A DNA stretch of 63,485 nt, the filler included, from Octopus bimaculoides (taxonomy: Eukaryota), in assembly GCF_001194135.2 (NCBI RefSeq). It is 6 parts of 5 records of this genome, joined end to end, with 100 filler letters (N's around TTAATTAATTAA, not from the genome) between each part and the next. Parts side by side here need not be neighbours in the genome. Positions count along the whole stretch, not along the records: positions 1 to 14,668 come from NC_068993.1; positions 14,769 to 26,299 come from NC_068989.1; 4 more parts are not named here. The stretch is one strand, 5' to 3'. The translations under genes and the position numbers were made by a program. Below, in pieces: positions 12,149 through 24,541 of this stretch (the first letter of the stretch is position 1; every line of letters begins with the position of its first letter). The notes beneath the pieces were generated by a model, which made no database searches, was not told the origin of the DNA, and saw only the letters and a list, made by a program, of their open reading frames with translations.

Positions 12149-14668
12149 CGTGAGCACTCATTCACAGAAGCGCACTATCTATCTATTTATCCTTAAGTAT
12201 GTATGTCTGTATGTATGTATGTATGTATCTATCTATCTATCTACCTTTATCCATTGATTAATGTCTTGCTATCCACTCTTGTTTTATCTCATATCTTTCT
12301 CTCTCTCTACTCTCTCTCTCTCCTTTTTTCTCTCACTCTCTCATATCTCGCATCCTTTTTCTCTCGGTTCCCCAAATCTCTCAACGCTCTGCTTCGTTTC
12401 CACCCCCTCCCCACTCATATTTATATACCTTCTTCTTTTGCTCACCACCCTCCGCTCTTCTCTCTCTTTCCCTCTATTTACGGGTCTCTAATGGCTTCAC
12501 TCTTCCACCCCGACCACCACCACCCCAACCACCGCTCCTACTAGCTCAAGTTACAAATCATCGTTGGAGGTAAAACGACACTGACTATTCGGCAACGTAT
12601 CATCTTACATTAACATCCAATCAAATGTCAGTCAATACCAATGATCAGGTTCCCACCCGGAGTGACGATATCCAAACAATTTCGTTACAATACAAGACAA
12701 CGATAAAAACACAAACACAAACAATAAATAAAATTAGTCTCAGGCCAAAGGGTCGGGTACGGCCGGGTGGCAAAGATTTTCTGTTCGTAAACATGTGGGT
12801 CTGATTTGCGGTTCGTTACCTCTGTGCAACTCTTTGCTAAAGCGTTTTACTATTTTTTTTTTTTTTTGCTTTTAATTTAGCTACGGATTGTCCAATGTCC
12901 TTGAGAGTAAAATTGTGGAGGCGGAAATTTACTGAAGCCTGACCCGACCGAAACTTTGCTGTGACCTTAATTCGAGCCCTCAGTTCATTGGTGAAGTTGT
13001 AGGAGAGCCGTTGTGACTTATGATGCGTTTTGATCACTGTTAGTCCTAGCAGAGCCCATCCCTCATTGGATTTGACCCCAGCTGGTTTCTTCAAGAAAGA
13101 AAGAAAAAGAAAAAGGAGAGGAAGAAAGAAACTGATCAATCTACCCAAGTANNNNNNNNNNNNNNNNNNNNNNNNNNNNNNNNNNNNNNNNNNNNNNNNN
13201 NNNNNNNNNNNNNNNNNNNNNNNNNNNNNNNNNNNNNNNNNNNNNNNNNNNNNNNNNNNNNNNNNNNNNNNNNNNNNNNNNNNNNNNNNNNNNNNNNNNN
13301 NNNNNNNNNNNNNNNNNNNNNNNNNNNNNNNNNNNNNNNNNNNNNNNNNNNNNNNNNNNNNNNNNNNNNNNNNNNNNNNNNNNNNNNNNNNNNNNNNNNN
13401 NNNNNNNNNNNNNNNNNNNNNNNNNNNNNNNNNNNNNNNNNNNNNNNNNNNNNNNNNNNNNNNNNNNNNNNNNNNNNNNNNNNNNNNNNNNNNNNNNNNN
13501 NNNNNNNNNNNNNNNNNNNNNNNNNNNNNNNNNNNNNNNNNNNNNNNNNNNNNNNNNNNNNNNNNNNNNNNNNNNNNNNNNNNNNNNNNNNNNNNNNNNN
13601 NNNNNNNNNNNNNNNNNNNNNNNNNNNNNNNNNNNNNNNNNNNNNNNNNNNNNNNNNNNNNNNNNNNNNNNNNNNNNNNNNNACACACGCATATATATAT
13701 ATATATATATATATAATAAACAGAAAGTGGAGAGAGAGAGAGATGGATAGCTGAATAGAGAGACAGATAAACAGATATATACATGTAAATATAAATGTAT
13801 ATTCAAATACACACACACACACATAAAAACATGTAATCGTTTGTATACATACACACATACACACACATACGTATGCACACATACACGTAAACAAAAAAAA
13901 AACTATCACATGCTCTCTTAATGCTTGGTGGATTTTAGCATCCAACTCGTCACATCGCATTTCTCCACACTGATTGCTTTCAAGCATTTCGTATTACACC
14001 AACAATCGCTCCATCGCGCATCAACACCGAGGACCAACATTAGGTTGCCGGAAGTGTTAGCATTCTCCAATGAAATTTCCTAATTTCTCAGCTATCCGAT
14101 AGCGTCTCCTTTCACTCATCTCAAATGTTTACCCATGTTGCACTTGGGAAAACCGCCGGATATCCGATGTCTTCCTATGCAGTTAATTCAATGTTTTCAC
14201 AGAGTCAACCAAATATGTTTTATTGTTTTGCTAACAGATCTTGCATAGATTCTATTTACAGAAACTTTCTTTTCTTGTCATAGTCATCTCTGTTGGATCT
14301 ATCTGCCTGTAAGTCTGTCTGTCTGTCTGTGTGTCTATCTGTCTGTCTGTCTGTGTGTCTGTCTGTCAGTCAGTCAGTCTGTCTGTTATCTATCTGCAAT
14401 ACTACGTATCGAATTAAATAACTAAGTAACTATTCTATTCTTTGTCTTTCTCTGTCTCTCTGTCTTTGTCTTTCTCTGTCTCTCTGTATTCTGTGTGTGT
14501 GTGTGTGTGTGTGTGTTTGTGTGTGTGTGGATGTACTATATACGGTGGAAGGCACCACGTGATTTCCCTAAACTCAGTAAATCCGTGTAAACGTACCCAG
14601 GGTCCCAAATTCGCTTGCATGAATTTGTTTTGAGTGGTTGTTAAAGTATTGTGCAACACGGAATCACA

Positions 14669-14768
14669 NNNNNNNNNNNNNNNNNNNNNNNNNNNNNNNN
14701 NNNNNNNNNNNNTTAATTAATTAANNNNNNNNNNNNNNNNNNNNNNNNNNNNNNNNNNNNNNNNNNNN
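14669..14768. other. Artificial scaffold-join spacer N44-TTAATTAATTAA-N44
   Basis: Identical 100-nt structure five times in the window; the 12-mer has stop codons in all six frames. Confidence 0.95.
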
Positions 14769-15046
14769 AATTACTCTTGTGAGGATATTCACGTAAATAA
14801 TTTTTTTCATTTAATCCCCATTTTAATTTTCGTAAAAGTTTCCAAGTATCAATGAGGCATTTTGGCACATCTTCAATTTTCCCCATTCATGAGAGGCGCC
14901 CAGCCATCATTCATCTGAGAGTCCATCTACAGAATGTCCTCTCAAATTTCTATACAGCATATTTTGCTTTTTTTCTTCAAGTATATAAGCAACAATTTCA
15001 TTCCCAAGCAACGCTGGGTGCCTCTGCTAGTATATATATATATATA

Positions 15047-16296
15047 TCAGGCTGAGTAAAAAGTAAGCAACATTTTGAAACAAGAAATTCATCACAATAT
15101 ATTTCAACAAAGTGGAAATTTTATTCATCAAAATAAGTACCATTAAAATCAACACATTTTTGCCAACAAGTTACAAGTTAGATTATTCCGGTAACATAAA
15201 AATCTGGAGTTTTGGAGCTGATGAACTCTTTGAACACACTTTCAGCATTGGTTTGATTTTTGAACTTCTTCTCTTGCAGGAAACCATCAAGATACTTGAA
15301 AAAGTGGTAATCAGTAGGAGAAAGGTCTTGGGAATAAGCTGGATGGAGAAGAACTTCGTAGCCAAGTTCCTTCAACTTCTGGAGTGTCAGTAGTGGAATG
15401 TGTGGTTGAGCATTGTCTATTAACCAATCTGAGATGGAGGAGTAGGAGTTTTTCACTCATTTTGGCAATTTCATTGCAATGTTTCTGCAGTAATGGTTTT
15501 ATTGGGTTTTGAGAAGTTATAGTGGATGAGTCTAGCAGTACACCACCAAACAGTCACCATAACCTTTTTGAAGTGTTTGGGTTTAGGGAAGGTTTTCAGT
15601 GCTTCATTTTGGTCTAACCACTGTGAAGAATGTTTTTTATTATTGTACAGAATCCACTTTTCATTGCAAGTTACAATATGTTTGAGAAATGGATTGGTCT
15701 GCTTACAGAAAAGAAGCAATGAGCAAATTTCATATCTTTCTGATTTTCATTCAAATCATGTGCTACCTATTTGTCAAGCTTTTTTGATTTTCTGATCGCA
15801 TGCAAATGGTTGCAGACAGTTTTCTGGCTAACTTGAAGTTCTTTTGCCAGTTCTCAAGTGGTTTTACATGGATCTTTCTCAATTACGGTCTTTAACTGAC
15901 TGTCATCGATGACAGATGGGTGTCCACTACGCTCACGATCTTCAAGGCTCAGGTCACCACTGTGAAATTGTTTAAACCATTTTTGAGCTGATCACTCACT
16001 GGTCATTTCCTCACCAAACGTTTTGTTGATATCACAAGCAGTTTCAGCTGCTTTACATCCTTTTTTGAAGTTGAATAGCAAAATTGCTCCAATATTGTGC
16101 TTTGACAGTACCTTTTCAGATGATTGTAATAACTGTAAAAAAACATCAATGTTAATTTATTGACGCACTTAGGCAAGTTAATGTCTGTATTATCAGACAA
16201 TTGCAAAAAAATGTTTAAAAACAATTCAAAACTCTGCAAAAGTCCGGTACAAATTCTTCATGGCTCAAAACGTTGCTTACTTTTTACTCAGTCTCA
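15047..16296 (-). mobile_element. Full-length decayed mariner (DD34D) transposon, about 1.25 kb
   Basis: TIRs TCAGGCTGAGTAAAAAGTAAGCAACATTTTGA / TCAAAACGTTGCTTACTTTTTACTCAGTCTCA with TA on both sides. Minus-strand fragments IVTCNEKWILYNN, KKVMVTVWW, IDNAQPH and HPAYSQDLSPTDYHFF, interrupted by stops and frameshifts. Confidence 0.95.
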
Positions 16297-16317
16297 TATA
16301 TATGTATATATATGATG

Positions 16318-16437
16318 GACTTCTTTAGTTTCCATCTCCCAAATCCACTCATAAACATTTTCCCAAGGTGCCATGCAGTGGGAACCTGGAACCATGTGGT
16401 TGGGAAGCAAGCTTCTTACCACACAGCCACACCTGCA
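16318..16437 (-). mobile_element. Family A SINE 5' fragment
   Basis: CCAAGGTGCCATGCAGTGGGAACCTGGAACCATGTGGTT..CTTACCACACAGCCAC is the reverse complement of the A head. Confidence 0.8.
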
Positions 16438-17474
16438 CCTATCTATACACACACACACATGAAGGGCATCCAGCCATAGAAGCCAAACACCAAATAACTT
16501 GAGCAACAATTTATGGAAGCAGTGGCTCCAAATAACAATAAATAATTACTCAGATGGTGACATCCAACCAATGCCAGCATGGAAAGCAGGCACAAAATGC
16601 TGCTGACACATGCATGCATGCATGCGCGCATGTGCACACACACACACACACGCAATTTATTAAAATATAATGAATTAATTTTTATTAACAAAGTTCATAA
16701 ATTTATGGTGTTTAACATGTAATTAATTTTAACACTTTATTAATTTCTCATTTTAGAGCATAGTATTAACTGGTTTTACCAACTGGAGAACTAGAAGTTA
16801 GCATTCACTTATGTTTCTTTTCATCTCATTAAGTTCATGGAACAGGATAACCACAGTTAGGCTCTCTAGCCCTACATATAATACATGAAGATAAGACTTG
16901 TTCATAGTAGTTAAATTAACTTATAGATCATATTTATAACTCAGATCTCTCTGGTTTTTTGATAATTAAATTGTTTAATTACAATTAATTATAAAAATAT
17001 CAAAATGGGATTTGATCCATTTGAAATAAAGTTGAAAATAAATGTATTGTCTTTCGAGAGTTTATTAAAACAAAAAATTGTGTTGACTTTTCATTTATCA
17101 ATAACCAACTGCTAGATAATTAATACACATGAGACCTTTAAATATAGGACCATGGTCAAGAATTAATTTTAATATTATTATTGTTGTTTTAGCCCGAGGC
17201 AAACCCTGATTGAGCAGGCCTATGAGCAAAGACATTCTACTCATGACTATCCCTTTTTAGGGGTATGTAGGACTACATTATTTAATGGTATGATGTGATT
17301 TCAGAGAAATTTTGTTGAGGGATTGCATACAGGGTGTGTGTATGTGTGTGTGTGTGTGTTTTAGTGTGGGTCAATATGTGTAAATTTTAAAATTCTTTAT
17401 ATTTATATAGGAGAAAATTGTACATATGAAAATATTAAAAAAATCTCTTGTGAGAAAATATCCCCAGTTTTTAA

Positions 17475-17788
17475 TCAAATTTCAAGGTTTTCATTTTTGA
17501 GGAGGTATTTGTTATATATAAAACTTTCAGTATTAGTGTACATCCTTCTTCTGCAGAGAATCCAACACAAACATCCTAACACAATGCAGATCAGAATCAG
17601 CAATGCCATGGTAATGTAAATCCAGTATGGTATTGTAGTTTCAGTAACTATTTTTTCTTTACAATGTAACATCATACTTTTGTTTGAATATGGCTTCATA
17701 GTAGGTATTTCCTTTGTCCATGTACTCATGGAAGTTATTGTTGATAACTGCTCTGTTTGTGTAGTTGAAGGTGTTTCATCTTGGACTA
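17475..17788 (-). CDS. Terminal coding exon of a putative single-pass type I membrane protein: S/T-rich stalk, TM helix, short tail
   Basis: Acceptor tttttcag| at 17789, phase 1. Reads VQDETPSTTQTEQLSTITSMSTWTKEIPTMKPYSNKSMMLHCKEKIVTETTIPYWIYITMALLILICIVLGCLCWILCRRRMYTNTESFIYNKYLLKNENLEI*. AATAAA on the minus strand at about 17061 and 16656. Confidence 0.8.
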
Positions 17789-17986
17789 CTGAAAAATTTG
17801 AATGAACAATATAAGAGTGTGAAGCAATTGACTTGACAGTATTTTGAAAGTGTTAAAGCTTGTACAAATTTATAGTTAATATATTTTATGAGTAAGTAAA
17901 TTGGGAAGTTTAATAAAGTTGATGACTTGTAGCAGAGTTTAGAATTAAAACCACAGTAGCTCAGTAACAAGATAGGCCACAGAATA

Positions 17987-19195
17987 TCAGGGTAGGCTGA
18001 AAAGTTCATAGGCTGACTATGAAGGAGTGGTGCTACAGCTGTGAAATCTTGTATGTATTATTTTCAACTCTTCTTATTAATAACTGCATTGTGTCTTTCC
18101 AGGTAATCTGATATCTGACTGTTCAAAAAAAGACTTCAAAAGTAACTAGTAGCAAATTCTCTTGAAAATGGTCAAAATTTGGCATCATGATGTTATCAAG
18201 TACTTGCAGAAAATTTTTTTAGCTCCCAAGGATATTCATGCTGACATGGTTTCTACATTTGGGGGATGACATTTTATCAACATTATAAAAATAGGCAACT
18301 GAATTTAGGAGGTGGATGGAGAGTCTTGAAGATGACCCAAGGTCTGGATGCCCTGCAGCTGCCTCCATCAAGGAAAGCATTGATTGTGTTCACTACATGG
18401 AATTAGATGGCAGACAATTGACTATAAATGAAGTAGCTAATGCTATTAGCATGTCTCGTAAGAGAGTTGAGAATATTCTGCACTTGGCATGATAAAGGTT
18501 TCTGCTTGGTGGGTACCATGTCTTTTGACACCTGATCGAAAATGTGCACCAGGCTGATCACACCATAGGAAAATCTGACATTGTTTGAGGCACATCCAGC
18601 TGGACTTGAACATTTCCTAACCCAGGATGAGTGTTGGGTTCATTACTTTGAGCCAGAGACCAGGAGACAATCCATGCAGTGGAAACACCCCTCCTCACCT
18701 GCTCCAAAGAAGGCCAAGGTCGTCTGATCTGCAAGGAAAGTGATGGCCTCAAGTTTTTGGAATGCAAAAGGCATTGTGTATATTGACTATCTTCAGAAGG
18801 GCCATATCATCAATGGAGAGTACTATGCCAACTTTATGAAGCAATTATGAAAGGCTATCAAGACCAAATGCAGAGGAAAACTGATGAAAAGAGTCTTGTT
18901 TCATCAGGACAATACTCCGGTACACAAGCCATTGGTTTCAGTGGCTGCTGTGCATGACTGTGGCTTTGAACTGCTTGATCACCACCCTTATTCTCCTGAT
19001 TTTGCCTCATCTGACTATCATCTGCTCTCCAATATGAAAAAACACAAGTTTTCTCACCAATGGGATCTAAGCACTGCAGGAGTGATGGAAGAAGTATGAG
19101 GACTGCAAGGGGGACTATGTTGAAAAATAAACCAAATTTGGTCTCATTCCATGAGAGTATCTTAGTCAAACTGTGAACTTTTCAGCCAACCAATA
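17987..19195 (+). mobile_element. Full-length decayed mariner (DD34D), about 1.2 kb, in the last intron of the gene, antisense to it
   Basis: TIRs TCAGGGTAGGCTGAAAAGTTCA / TGAACTTTTCAGCCAACCAATA with TA flanks. Motifs TQDECWVHYFEPE, GKVMAS-FWNAKG, FHQDNTPVH and HHPYSPDFASSDYHL. Confidence 0.95.
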
Positions 19196-19460
19196 TATTT
19201 TGGCTGCAATTATTTGATTATACAATTTCAAACAGAAATTTCCATGATTTCCCACCAAAACATGGCTATAATTGAAGAAGGACAGTCAGTGCATAGTATT
19301 CAAGGGTTCCTGAGAGGACAGTGTTTTGGTTGCTGCTTGATTCTGGGTTAAAAGGAATCATTTGTCCATTATGAGCATATAACTTTCCTACCTCTTGTCT
19401 CACAAATATGTAGGTAGCCAATTCTTAGCCTAACACAACATATATTCTAGATTATCTACT

Positions 19461-19479
19461 GGTTAGGGTTAGGGTTAGG
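19461..19479 (+). repeat. Short interstitial (TTAGGG)n-like array
   Basis: GGTTAGGGTTAGGGTTAGG. Confidence 0.7.
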
Positions 19480-20668
19480 TTTCAGGTAATACAACCTCTG
19501 GCAAATAACTGTTGTCTATATTGTAATGTTATATATAAATAAATAGTTTCATCAAAAATCTAAAATTGATTTGGCTGTACTTGGGAAGCAGCATGCAGCC
19601 AAATTCAACCCTACCAATCATTTAGCATCCAGCTAATTAAACCTTCCACACTATGTTTGGAGAGAAAATATGGTTGGAAAGAAAACATAGAAAGGGATGG
19701 GGTTTTCCAGTTGGAGATGCAACAAAATAGTTTTAAATGTATTCATTTGGTTCATGTTATAGTGGTTGTTATAGACTTGACAAATTTAGCAAAGGTTGTA
19801 GTAGTATTGACTGAAGATTCAAAGCAACAAGACAGCTCTGTACATTAATGGATTTAGAATGTTGGCGAAGGAGGGTGTAGTTTCCAGAATATATGTGTGC
19901 TGCAAGAATGCATATATTGTTATTTATGTAAACTCCTTCCCATAACAGTAACAACAATGACAACACAAAAATTTGATGGTGTCTCAAGAGGTAACAAAAA
20001 TATTAAACAAGTTAGATACTCTGAGTTAGGTATTCTAAGATATCAATTTTACACTAATTTGATTCTCTGTGTATATAGTGGATGGTTTGTGCATTCAAAT
20101 CTGAAGCTAGTAATTTATTTGTAATTTTGAGTCAGTTACTTTAGATGTGAAGAATAATATTAAATTCTTCAAGAAAAGTTTACCTGTGAAAGATTAGCAT
20201 CATATCCAAGTGGACACTTTTCTCTCATAAATATTCAACTAAGAGTCAATGCTAATTTGATGATACACTTTGTGTATGGCTGCTGTGATGTATATATGCA
20301 TTTGCATGTGTGAATACAGTTGTGTGTATGTATGTGTAAAAGCAGTGACATGTATTTAGTATTATGTGTATCTTTATAAATACATGATTATGTATTTATA
20401 GATACTGTGATAAGTTTGTGTACACAAATTTTTATGTATAAATAGATTCAGTGATATGCATAAATGTATAGCTGTCTTGTGTGCAAACAACTACATCTTG
20501 GTTGCAGTAGTATGTGTCCAAATTATGTCCTTTTCATCACAGCTTCTTAAAATCCATCCTTCCTTTTTAGGACAGTAAGATGATATATGTATATATATAT
20601 GCATAGGTAGTTGTGTGTATCTGTCAATGTGGATATGTGCATGCTACTGTGTGTGCATGCATTGCATG

Positions 20669-20983
20669 CCCCAAGTTGACATCACTTCTCTGGCAGAGTC
20701 TCCAACAGAAGCAGAGGTCCAGAAAGCAATTAAGCTTCTCACAAAAGGCAAGGTATCAGGTTCTGTCTCCATCCCAGCTGAAATATACAAGGCAGGGGAC
20801 CAGTCTTGGCACAGAAGCTCACCAATCTCTTTCAGACCATGTGGCAATAGGAAGTCATTCCTCAGGAGTTCAAAGATGTTTCTACCATTCATCTCTACAG
20901 AAAAAAGGGAAACAGGCAATCTTGTGATAGCTTCTGAGGAATTTCACTCCTTGTCATTATTAGCAAAATACTCACAAGAATCC
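20669..20983 (+). mobile_element. RTE-clade LINE ORF2 fragment
   Basis: PTEAEVQKAIKLLTKGKVSGSVSIPAEIYKAG, then (frameshift) LFQTMWQ*EVIPQEFKD..IHLYRKKGNRQSCD..GISLLVIISKILTRI, the typical pre-RT and RT-start region of RTE elements. Confidence 0.85.
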
Positions 20984-21484
20984 TGTGTGCATGTGTGTGT
21001 GTGTTTGAGATGAAAAATATATCTCCTTTGTGGGTGTTAGTTATCAAATTATCCTAAAAACTGTTGTATAGTACACTATTAGCTAACTTATGTTGGTAGC
21101 ACTGCTTATGTTGGTAGCCATTATGATTTATTTATGTTCGAGTTTGTATATGCTATAAACGGCTATCAGCATCTATCTGTGGACAAAACATGAGGAAGTG
21201 GTTTCTGTTGAAAGTTTAACAAACCATGATGCTAGTTACATTGATACCTTTCTTTACATAAGCACAAATAAAGCTATGCTGTAACCACTTTGTTTACTTT
21301 TCATATTGTGTGTTTATTAAAAGCACACAAGTTGTGTACTATTAATCATAAATATATAAATATGTACAATTAAATTATAAATCATATGAAATTTGTGCTT
21401 TTCTGCTGTTTTGTATTCTAAATACATATATGTTAGTGTGTATATGTATGTCTTGAGCATGTATATGTGTTTATTGGTGTAGCG

Positions 21485-21600
21485 TGTGTATGTGGTTAAG
21501 AAGTTGGCTTTGCAACTATGTTGTTTCAGATTCAATCCCACTGTGTGACATTTTAATCAAATGTTTTCTACCATAGCCTTGAGTTGACCACAGTATTAAG
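21485..21600 (+). mobile_element. Degenerate family A SINE 5' fragment
   Basis: GTGGTTAAGAAG..TTCAATCCCACTGTGTGACA..TTTTCTACCATAGCCTTGAGTTGACCA aligns to the A head. Confidence 0.65.
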
Positions 21601-21775
21601 AATGAAATTTGGTACAAAGACTGTTGTTGCTTTGGAGTATTACATTTCATCTGTTGTCCAGTTTAGTTTAGAATCCCTACCTGACTTTGGGTACCTTTAT
21701 CAAAATCCACTTTGCTGCAAACATTCAATCCAGAACATGTTTGTTGCATTTTTTAGAGATGCCAATTCAACTTAC

Positions 21776-21907
21776 CAGAATTATAGCTAATTATCATATT
21801 TCCAAAATCTTTTGAAGTTTTGTATTTTGGGTTTATGATATACTCTAATGGAAATGTGGTCTGGGATGTGTTCATTTTACTATTCGTTAATAGTTGCCAT
21901 GATTTTC
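21776..21907 (-). CDS. Internal coding exon (132 nt, phase 1-1), second half of the CUB-like domain
   Basis: Acceptor atttatttttcag|GA and donor TCTG|gtaagt. Open frame (G)KSWQLLTNSKMNTSQTTFPLEYIINPKYKTSKDFGNMIISYNS; phases match both neighbouring exons. Confidence 0.8.
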
Positions 21908-23119
21908 CTGAAAATAAATAAATATATCTATTAATCAGAATTGGTCATTTACAATTGAAAAAATAATTTTTACTTTTTAGGTATTAATGTTAAAATAAAG
22001 TTGGTTTTAATGAAAAAAAACAAAAACATCATTGAGTGCAAAACCTACATCTAAGATTTGTTGTGTAAGAGTCACAGCAAACAAGACCTGATCAGACATT
22101 ATTCCCAATGAAAATATAACTGCAGTACATAGATATTTTAAGAGCAAAGGATCAAATTGTTTGGGTACTGGAGACAAATTGATATGAGTAGTTTTGATCT
22201 GTGGACTTGGTTAGCTGCTACTCCCAAAATAAAATCAACCATGATATTTAGATTTTATTAACATTTTTACAATTCTTATTTTAAAAAGCTGTTATACTGA
22301 ATACCAATAGCTAGTGTGTGAGAATGTATGTTTGGTGAAAAGAGATCTTTTAATATAAGGTCAGAGTGGCTGCTAGTTAACCAAGAAAACCTTTGCAATT
22401 GTATATCTCATGCATCTCAATTTATAACCATGATTTGGTGTGAAACTGCATAGAATTTTCCATTACTCTTGCTGCCACACAAATGCACCAGAACAATGAA
22501 TGACTGTAGTATGGACTAAGATCACCTGATAAGGACCATTGTTGCCATATCTGGAAACTGATATGCTGTGGCCTTTGTCTATTACATAACTGACACGGTT
22601 TTGAATGCTAAGCACTGTTAAAGATCCAAGAATCAAAAGTTATTATCACCATATCACAATTTGTGTACAAGAGTGCTGTGAATTATAGGTTTGCAATCAT
22701 TAGTTCACTGCATTTCTGTCAGCTATGTGAAGAATGTAAACTTCAGCAAAAAATTGGTACCCATTTACAGATGCTCTCTTGACTCCCTTGTTGGATGCCA
22801 GCCTGCCAGCCAGCCAGCTTGCATGTATATGTGTGTGTGTATTTCTGTACATACATATGTTTTTCTTTGGGATTTATTCAAATTTTTATCTTTGCAAACT
22901 TCAAGGTAGTCGCTAAAAAAGTGATAAGGCTCTTGGGTTTAAGACAAGACAACTCTTGGGGTTTGTGAGTGTCTGAATTGATTGGTGTGTATGGCTATGG
23001 ATAAATTTGCACTTATGAAGTGTGTGTGTGTGTGTTAAATTACTGTTTATATGTGTATATGTGTACACATTCCATATACAGGGTGCAGACAGAATTAACA
23101 CGGCCAACAAAGTTCAAGA

Positions 23120-23850
23120 AAAAAAAGCTTAAAATCTCAGAATTCTAAGGAGAACTACATGAAGAGGGCCAAGAAGGTGTTGAACATGTTGAAGTATCCC
23201 TGGAATCAAACATGTTGTGGTCTTTCTCTGATGTAAAAACATTTTACCAGAAAAAGGCGCATAAGTAGAATAACAAGTGGTTAGTCCACATGATCAGCAG
23301 TGAAGGACATGTCATGATTCCTCACATCTTTAATGTGGGCCTGAAGGTGAACCAGGATATGTACTAGGGGTTTATGGAGACTGTAGTGAAGTCCTGAATT
23401 GAAGAGGTTGCAGGAGAAAAATCTTATGAGTTCTAGCAAGATTCTGCATCTGCACACATGGCCAGGAACACACTAAAGTGACTCTCAGACAACTTTTACA
23501 ACCATGTCATCCTGGACTACTTTGTTTGGAGTGCAGTTGAGAGAGAGTCATCAACAAGTCTGCTTGTAATATCAAGGATGAGTTGAAGCAGCACATCTGC
23601 CAGGCATTCCAAGATTTGTCAGCTGCAACTGTGAAACACCTGGTTCCCAATTCTGCAGTCATCTGAGGAGGTTATCAAAGCGTGCATGCATTATATTGAA
23701 TAATTATTAGTATGTAGGTCCAGTAACTGTATTTTGAATTTTCAGTAAATCTTAAAAAAATAAATGCAATCTTACTCATTCAGTGTTACTATAAATTTTA
23801 TAAAGGGATTTTTTTAATACACAGATATCAGTTTCTTTCAATTAGCACCT
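23120..23850 (+). mobile_element. Decayed Tc1/mariner-superfamily transposase 3' part (maT/DD37D-like)
   Basis: Fragments KRAKKVLNMLK, FSDV/EK-F, GLKVNQDMY, *QDSASAH and LDYFVWSAVERE. Family assignment is an inference from motif style. Confidence 0.75.
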
Positions 23851-23966
23851 CACTTGTTAGCATCTCTACATGCAAAATCTTGTCTTTTGATGTGTTTAGT
23901 TGAAACCTGGGTATAGTTTGTATAAATTAAAGCAAGCAAACCCCAAACATGATGATGATGACCATG

Positions 23967-24275
23967 ACATTTTACCAGAAAAAGACACATAAATAGAATA
24001 ACAGGTGATTAGCCTATATGATGTTCCCAGGTTCATGAAAACCAAGTTTCCTGTTCACATCATGGTTTTTGGCAAGTTCAACAGTCATGATTTCTCACAT
24101 CTTTAATGTGGGCCTGAAGGTGAACCAGGATGTGTACCAGGGATTTCTGGAGACTGTAGTGAAGTCCTGGATTGAAGAGGTTGCAAGAGAAAAATCTTAT
24201 GAGTTCTAGCAAGATTCTACATCTGCACACATGGCCAGGAAGACACAAAAGTGACTCTCAGACAACTTTTACAAC
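23967..24275 (+). mobile_element. Second partial copy of the same maT-like segment
   Basis: Aligns to 23239-23502 with long identical stretches. Confidence 0.85.
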
Positions 24276-24541
24276 TTAAGGAGATAGAGTGGCTGAAACA
24301 GGGGAGTGTGGGAGTCAGCATTCTCATGGTATTTATTTTCAGCCTTCAGATTTAGATCTAAACAAAATTCACTTTGCAATTCATTCTCTTTAGCATTCAC
24401 AGGATTGATAAAAGAAGCATCAGACATATTTTAGTGTTGATCCAATCCAACAAATTTGTGACCTTGACCCAATATAAGAAATCATTATCATGCTTAAAAC
24501 ATTTTTCAAAAATCTTAATCCTGACTTCTGAGTTACCTTAC

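Noticed and set aside
20183-20245. EKCPLGYD (EGF-like) mini-exon
   Set aside because: In-frame stop immediately upstream, no credible acceptor, and phase incompatible with the last exon.
22020-22210. About 70-codon minus-strand open frame (PKQFDPLLLKYLCTAVIFSLG...)
   Set aside because: No strong donor and no recognisable domain; compatible with chance.
22450-22655. Minus-strand open frame LSIQNRVSYVIDKGHSISVSRYGNNGPYQ with a frameshifted signal-peptide-like start
   Set aside because: No good phase-1 donor, inclusion would break the YDG motif, and the signal peptide needs an assumed 1-nt error.
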